Shown here piece by piece: positions 59,664-64,000 of a stretch of 64,000 nucleotides of DNA. The translations under genes were made by a program, and so were the position numbers. The DNA is from Gammaproteobacteria bacterium. Its GTDB lineage: Bacteria > Pseudomonadota > Gammaproteobacteria > Steroidobacterales > Rariloculaceae. Below the pieces are notes generated by a model that ran no database searches, was not told where the DNA came from, and saw nothing but the letters and a program-made list of their open reading frames with translations. Position 1 is the first letter of the stretch. Each line of letters starts with the position of its first letter. The stretch lies in the NCBI GenBank assembly GCA_036555065.1, contig DATBLZ010000040.1, positions 119 through 64,118 of the forward strand. The letters run 5' to 3'.

Positions 59664-62261
59664 ATGCGCATGGACAAACTCACGACTAGGTTCCAGCAGG
59701 CACTGCAGGACGCTCAGTCATTCGCAGTCGGCAAGGACCATCAGTTCATCGAGCCGATCCATCTCATGAACGCGCTCCTCGAGCAGGAGGGCGGCGGCAT
59801 CGGCGCGCTGCTCGTCAAGGCAGGCGTCGACATGAACCAACTGCGCTCGAAGCTCGGCCAGGCGCTCGAGCGGTTGCCGAGCGTCGAGGGCACGCCCGGC
59901 GAGCTGCATATTTCGAGCGACCTCAGCAAGGTTCTCAACATCATGGACAAGCTCGCGCAGAAGCGCGGCGATGCCTACATCGCGAGCGAGTTGTTCATTC
60001 TCGCAGCGCTCGAGGCACGCGGCGAGCTCGGCCGGATTCTCGAGCAATGCGGAGCGGTCAAAGGCGCGATCGAGAAAGCGCTCCAGGACATCGGCGGCGG
60101 CGCCAAGGTCGAGGACCCGAATGCCGAGGATCTGCGCCAAGCGCTCGCGAAATATACGATCGATCTGACCGAGCGGGCCGAGCAAGGCAAGCTCGATCCC
60201 GTGATCGGCCGCGACGACGAGATTCGCCGCACGATTCAGGTCCTACAGCGGCGCACGAAGAACAACCCCGTGCTCATCGGCGAGCCCGGCGTCGGCAAGA
60301 CGGCTATCGTCGAAGGTCTCGCGCAACGCATCGTCAACGGCCAGGTGCCCGAGGGACTCAAGTCGAAGCGCGTGCTGTCGCTCGACATGGGCGCGTTGAT
60401 CGCCGGCGCGAAGTTCCGCGGCGAGTTCGAGGAACGTCTCAAGGCCGTGCTCAACGATCTCGCCAAGCAAGAAGGCCAGATCATCCTGTTCATCGACGAG
60501 CTGCACACGATGGTCGGCGCCGGCAAAGCGGAAGGCGCGATCGACGCAGGCAACATGTTGAAGCCCGCGCTCGCGCGCGGCGAGCTCCATTGCGTCGGCG
60601 CCACGACGCTCGACGAGTACCGCAAGTACGTCGAGAAGGACGCGGCGCTCGAGCGGCGCTTTCAGAAGGTGCTCGTCGACGAGCCGTCGGTCGAGGACAC
60701 GATCGCGATCCTCCGGGGCCTCAAGGAACGTTACGCCGTGCATCACCGGGTCGAGATCACGGATCCGGCGATCGTCGCGGCCGCGACGCTCTCGCATCGC
60801 TACATCAGCGATCGCCAGTTGCCCGACAAAGCCATCGACTTGATCGACGAGGCGGCCTCGCGCATCCGCATGGAGATGGACTCGAAGCCCGAGGAGATGG
60901 ACCGCCTCGAGCGCCGGCTCATCCAGCTCAAGATCGAACGCGAGGCGCTCAAGAAGGAGTCCGACGAGGCCTCGAAGCGGCGCTTCGGCGATCTCGAGAC
61001 GCAGATCGCGAAGCTCGACAGGGAGTTCGCGGACTTGGACGAGGTGTGGAAAGCCGAGAAGGCGGTCGCCCAGAGCGAGGCGCAGATCAAGGAGGAGCTC
61101 GAGCGCGTGCGCGCCGAGCTCGAGAAGGCCCGGCGCGGCCAGGACCTCGCGCGCATGGCCGAGCTCCAGTACGGCAAGATTCCCGAGCTCGAGCGCCGGC
61201 TCGAGCAGGCGCAGCGCGCGGAGCGCGAAGGGCAGAACAAGCTGCTGCGCAACAAGGTCACGGACGAGGAGGTTGCCGAGGTCGTCTCGAAATGGACGGG
61301 CATCCCGGTCGCCAAGATGCTCGAGGGCGAGAAGGACAAGCTGCTGCGCATGGAGCAGCACCTCGAGGCGCGTGTCGTCGGTCAAAGCGAGGCTCTCGCC
61401 ACGGTCGCGAACGCGATTCGGCGCGCGCGCTCCGGCCTCGCAGATCCGAATCGGCCGAACGGCTCCTTTCTATTTCTCGGCCCCACCGGCGTCGGCAAGA
61501 CCGAGCTCACGAAGGCGCTCGCCGCATTCCTGTTCGACACCGAAGAGGCCATGGTCCGCATCGACATGTCGGAGTTCATGGAAAAGCACTCGGTCGCGCG
61601 GCTCATCGGCGCGCCGCCGGGCTACGTCGGCTACGAGGAGGGCGGTTACCTCACCGAGGCCGTGCGCCGCAAGCCGTACTCGGTCGTGCTGCTCGACGAG
61701 GTCGAGAAGGCGCACCCCGACGTCTTCAACGTGCTGCTGCAAGTGCTCGACGACGGCCGGCTCACGGATGGCCAAGGCCGCACCGTCGATTTCCGCAACA
61801 CGGTCATCGTCATGACTTCGAACTTGGGCAGTCAGCGCATCCAGGAGCTCGCGGGCGCGGCAAACTACGCGCGTATGAAGGCCGAGGTCATGGAAATCGT
61901 CGGCCAGCACTTCCGCCCGGAGTTCATCAACCGCGTCGACGACGTCGTCGTGTTCCATCCGCTCGAGGCCGAGCACATCCGTCGCATCGTCGACATCCAG
62001 CTCGAATACTTGCGCAGGCGCCTTGGCGACCGTGACATCGCGCTTGCGCTCGATCCCGCGGCCCGCGACCGGCTCGCGCAAGCGGGCTTCGACCCGGTTT
62101 ACGGGGCGCGGCCGCTCAAGCGCGCGATCCAGCAGCAATTGGAGAATCCGCTCGCAGAGCGTATCCTGCGCGGCGATTTCGCGCCCGGCGACACGATCCG
62201 CGTGGTCGTCGACGGCGATGCGCTGGGGTTCAAGAAGGGCGTGAAAGAGCAGGCCGCGTAG
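59664..62261 (+). CDS. clpB: Disaggregase chaperone ClpB
   Basis: 865-aa ORF with two AAA+ modules ([15 protein letters not shown]; [15 protein letters not shown]) and a long middle coiled-coil domain. Confidence 0.98.
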   Translation: MRMDKLTTRFQQALQDAQSFAVGKDHQFIEPIHLMNALLEQEGGGIGALLVKAGVDMNQLRSKLGQALERLPSVEGTPGELHISSDLSKVLNIMDKLAQKRGDAYIASELFILAALEARGELGRILEQCGAVKGAIEKALQDIGGGAKVEDPNAEDLRQALAKYTIDLTERAEQGKLDPVIGRDDEIRRTIQVLQRRTKNNPVLIGEPGVGKTAIVEGLAQRIVNGQVPEGLKSKRVLSLDMGALIAGAKFRGEFEERLKAVLNDLAKQEGQIILFIDELHTMVGAGKAEGAIDAGNMLKPALARGELHCVGATTLDEYRKYVEKDAALERRFQKVLVDEPSVEDTIAILRGLKERYAVHHRVEITDPAIVAAATLSHRYISDRQLPDKAIDLIDEAASRIRMEMDSKPEEMDRLERRLIQLKIEREALKKESDEASKRRFGDLETQIAKLDREFADLDEVWKAEKAVAQSEAQIKEELERVRAELEKARRGQDLARMAELQYGKIPELERRLEQAQRAEREGQNKLLRNKVTDEEVAEVVSKWTGIPVAKMLEGEKDKLLRMEQHLEARVVGQSEALATVANAIRRARSGLADPNRPNGSFLFLGPTGVGKTELTKALAAFLFDTEEAMVRIDMSEFMEKHSVARLIGAPPGYVGYEEGGYLTEAVRRKPYSVVLLDEVEKAHPDVFNVLLQVLDDGRLTDGQGRTVDFRNTVIVMTSNLGSQRIQELAGAANYARMKAEVMEIVGQHFRPEFINRVDDVVVFHPLEAEHIRRIVDIQLEYLRRRLGDRDIALALDPAARDRLAQAGFDPVYGARPLKRAIQQQLENPLAERILRGDFAPGDTIRVVVDGDALGFKKGVKEQAA

Positions 62262-62267
62262 AGGACC

Positions 62268-62681
62268 ATGCCGATCTACGAGTATCGCTGCGGTGCCTGT
62301 GGGCACCACCTCGAAGCCTTGCAGAAGATGAGCGAGGCGCCGTTGCGTAAGTGCCCCGACTGCGGCAGGTCGCAGTTGCGCCGCCTCGTGTCCGCGCCGC
62401 AGTTTCGGTTGAAGGGCGAGGGCTGGTACGAGACCGATTTCAAAAACAAGAACGAGACCAAGCGCAACCTGGTCGGCGGCGAGTCGGCCGAAGTCGAAGC
62501 GAAAAGCGGCAGCGGCAACGACAGCGCGGCGAAACCGGATGTGCCGAAGGACGGCGCGGCGGCGAAGGCCGACGGCGGCGACGCCGCCGGCGCGAAGCCG
62601 AAAGCCGAGCCGGCAAAAGCCGGCGGGCGCGCGAAGAAACCGGCCTCGCGATTGCGCGCGACGCGATCGGCGCGGCGCTAG
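62268..62681 (+). CDS. FmdB-family zinc-ribbon protein with Lys/Ala-rich basic tail
   Basis: 137-aa ORF with MPIYEYRCGACGHHLEALQKMSEAPLRKCPDCG (CxxC...CxxC), then a low-complexity K/A/G/D tail. Confidence 0.8.
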   Translation: MPIYEYRCGACGHHLEALQKMSEAPLRKCPDCGRSQLRRLVSAPQFRLKGEGWYETDFKNKNETKRNLVGGESAEVEAKSGSGNDSAAKPDVPKDGAAAKADGGDAAGAKPKAEPAKAGGRAKKPASRLRATRSARR

Positions 62682-62781
62682 CGCGCCTTGCGCCACTGTT
62701 CGCTTACCCGTAACATCGCGGGCCTCTCAAGGCGTCACGCCACCTTTCAATTCAATAGGTTAGGCTCAAGGGACTCGAGCG

Positions 62782-64000
62782 ATGCGCAGTCACTACTGCG
62801 GCCAGGTCAACCGCGCGCTCATCGGCAGCGCGGTGACGGTGGCGGGTTGGGTACATCGGCGCCGCGATCACGGCGGCGTGATCTTCATCGACCTGCGCGA
62901 TCGCGAGGGGTTGCTGCAGGTCGTGTTCGATCCCGATCGCGCCGAGATGTTCAAGGACGCCGAGCGGCTGCGCTCGGAGTTCGTGCTTGCGGTCGAAGGC
63001 AGAGTGCGCGCGCGTCCCGAGGGCACCGTCAACCCGAACCTCGCGAGTGGCGAGATCGAGGTGCTCGCGACCAAGCTCACGGTGCTCGCCAAAGCCAAGA
63101 CGCCCCCGTTTCATCACGACGAGCACGCGAGCGAAGAGCTCCGTTTGCGGTACCGCTATCTCGACCTGCGTCGTGAGCCGATGCTGAAGAATTTGCGCCT
63201 GCGGCACACGGTGACGCGCGCGCTGCGCAGGTTCATGGATGAGCACGGTTTCGTCGATGTCGAGACGCCGATCCTGACGAAGACGACGCCCGAAGGCGCG
63301 CGCGACTATCTCGTGCCGAGTCGCACGCAGCCAGGCAACTTCTTCGCGCTGCCACAGTCCCCTCAGCTCATGAAACAGCTGCTCATGGTGTCGGGACTCG
63401 ACCGCTACTATCAGATCGTCAAGTGCTTCCGCGACGAGGATCTGCGTGCCGACCGTCAGCCCGAGTTCACGCAGCTCGATATCGAGACGAGCTTCATGGG
63501 CGAGGAAGACATCCTCGTGCTCATGGAGCAGCTCCTCTGCGAGACGTTCAAGGCGGTGCTCGGCGTCGAGTTACCGAAGCCGTTCCCGCGCATGAAATAC
63601 GCGGATGCGATGCTTCGCTACGGCAGCGACAAGCCCGACCTGCGCAACCCGCTCGAGCTCGTCGAGGTCGCGGACTTGTTCCGCGGCGTGGAGTTCAAGG
63701 TGTTTGCGGGCCCCGCGGCGGACCCCAAGAGCCGCATTGCGGCGCTCAAGCTGCCCAAAGGCGGCGAGCTCACGCGCAAGGAAATCGACGACTACACGGC
63801 GCTCGTCGGCCGCCACGGCGCGAAGGGGCTCGCGTACATCAAGGTCAACGAGCGCGCCAAAGGGCGCGACGGCTTGCAGTCGCCGATCCTGAAATTTCTT
63901 CCCGATGCCGCGATCGCCGGCGTGCTCGAGCGCACGGGGGCCGTCGACGGCGACCTCGTGTTCTTCGGCGCCGACAAAGTCGGCGTCGTCAACGAGTCGT
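62782..64000 (+). CDS. aspS: Aspartate--tRNA ligase AspS (5' part, runs off the window)
   Basis: Not in the ORF track because there is no stop in the window. My own translation from ATG 62782 gives [49 protein letters not shown]...[52 protein letters not shown], the class IIb AspRS OB fold plus motifs 1 and 2. Confidence 0.95.
   Translation, partial: MRSHYCGQVNRALIGSAVTVAGWVHRRRDHGGVIFIDLRDREGLLQVVFDPDRAEMFKDAERLRSEFVLAVEGRVRARPEGTVNPNLASGEIEVLATKLTVLAKAKTPPFHHDEHASEELRLRYRYLDLRREPMLKNLRLRHTVTRALRRFMDEHGFVDVETPILTKTTPEGARDYLVPSRTQPGNFFALPQSPQLMKQLLMVSGLDRYYQIVKCFRDEDLRADRQPEFTQLDIETSFMGEEDILVLMEQLLCETFKAVLGVELPKPFPRMKYADAMLRYGSDKPDLRNPLELVEVADLFRGVEFKVFAGPAADPKSRIAALKLPKGGELTRKEIDDYTALVGRHGAKGLAYIKVNERAKGRDGLQSPILKFLPDAAIAGVLERTGAVDGDLVFFGADKVGVVNES

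Noticed and set aside
60243-62696. 380-aa and 408-aa ORFs antisense to clpB, plus a 662-aa alternative-frame ORF
   Set aside because: They overlap the unambiguous 865-aa ClpB frame. They belong to the well-known class of spurious antisense ORFs opposite chaperone genes.

Overview
This window is a GC-rich chromosome segment with strong GC3 bias. Its gene order closely follows the Pseudomonas/Xanthomonadales-type gammaproteobacterial core. I call about 60 protein genes and one RNase P RNA. No tRNA, rRNA, CRISPR array, transposase or integrase is visible.

Gene order, left to right:
- patatin-like fragment
- rapZ-hpf-rpoN-lptB-lptA-lptC (minus strand)
- ibaG-murA
- DegS/AlgW-like protease
- petABC-sspAB
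- diaA-yraN-lpoA, divergent from rsmI-rnpB
- a complete dcw cluster: mraZ-rsmH-ftsL-ftsI-murE-murF-mraY-murD-ftsW-murG-murC-murB-ftsQ-ftsA-ftsZ, then lpxC
- DUF721 gene, M23 peptidase, secA-mutT
- a two-gene secreted S8 protease island
- zapD-coaE-pilD-pilC-pilB-pilA (minus strand)
- a 1009-aa membrane/spermidine-synthase-like fusion
- pilR-pilS
- sucCD-nadE
- bamD, divergent from rluD-pgeF-clpB
- FmdB-type zinc ribbon gene and the 5' part of aspS

Most of this is ordinary housekeeping DNA, packed very tightly with many ATGA/GTGA start-stop overlaps.

Items worth a second look:
1. A ~65-aa insertion in the SecA preprotein-crosslinking domain aligns without gaps to the N-terminal domain of IF3.
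2. A polytopic-membrane/SpeE-like fusion with degenerate catalytic motifs sits between pilSR and a textbook sigma-54 pilA promoter.
3. An S8 protease operon has, as its first gene, a free-standing secreted paralogue of the protease's own prodomain. It occupies the slot where yacG normally sits.
4. A near-perfect 2 x 48 bp in-frame tandem repeat lies inside murB.
5. The dcw cluster has murB where ddl is expected and no ddl at all.
6. The lpoA and rsmI start codons overlap head to head.

All family calls come from reading the translated ORFs and from recall. No database search was run.
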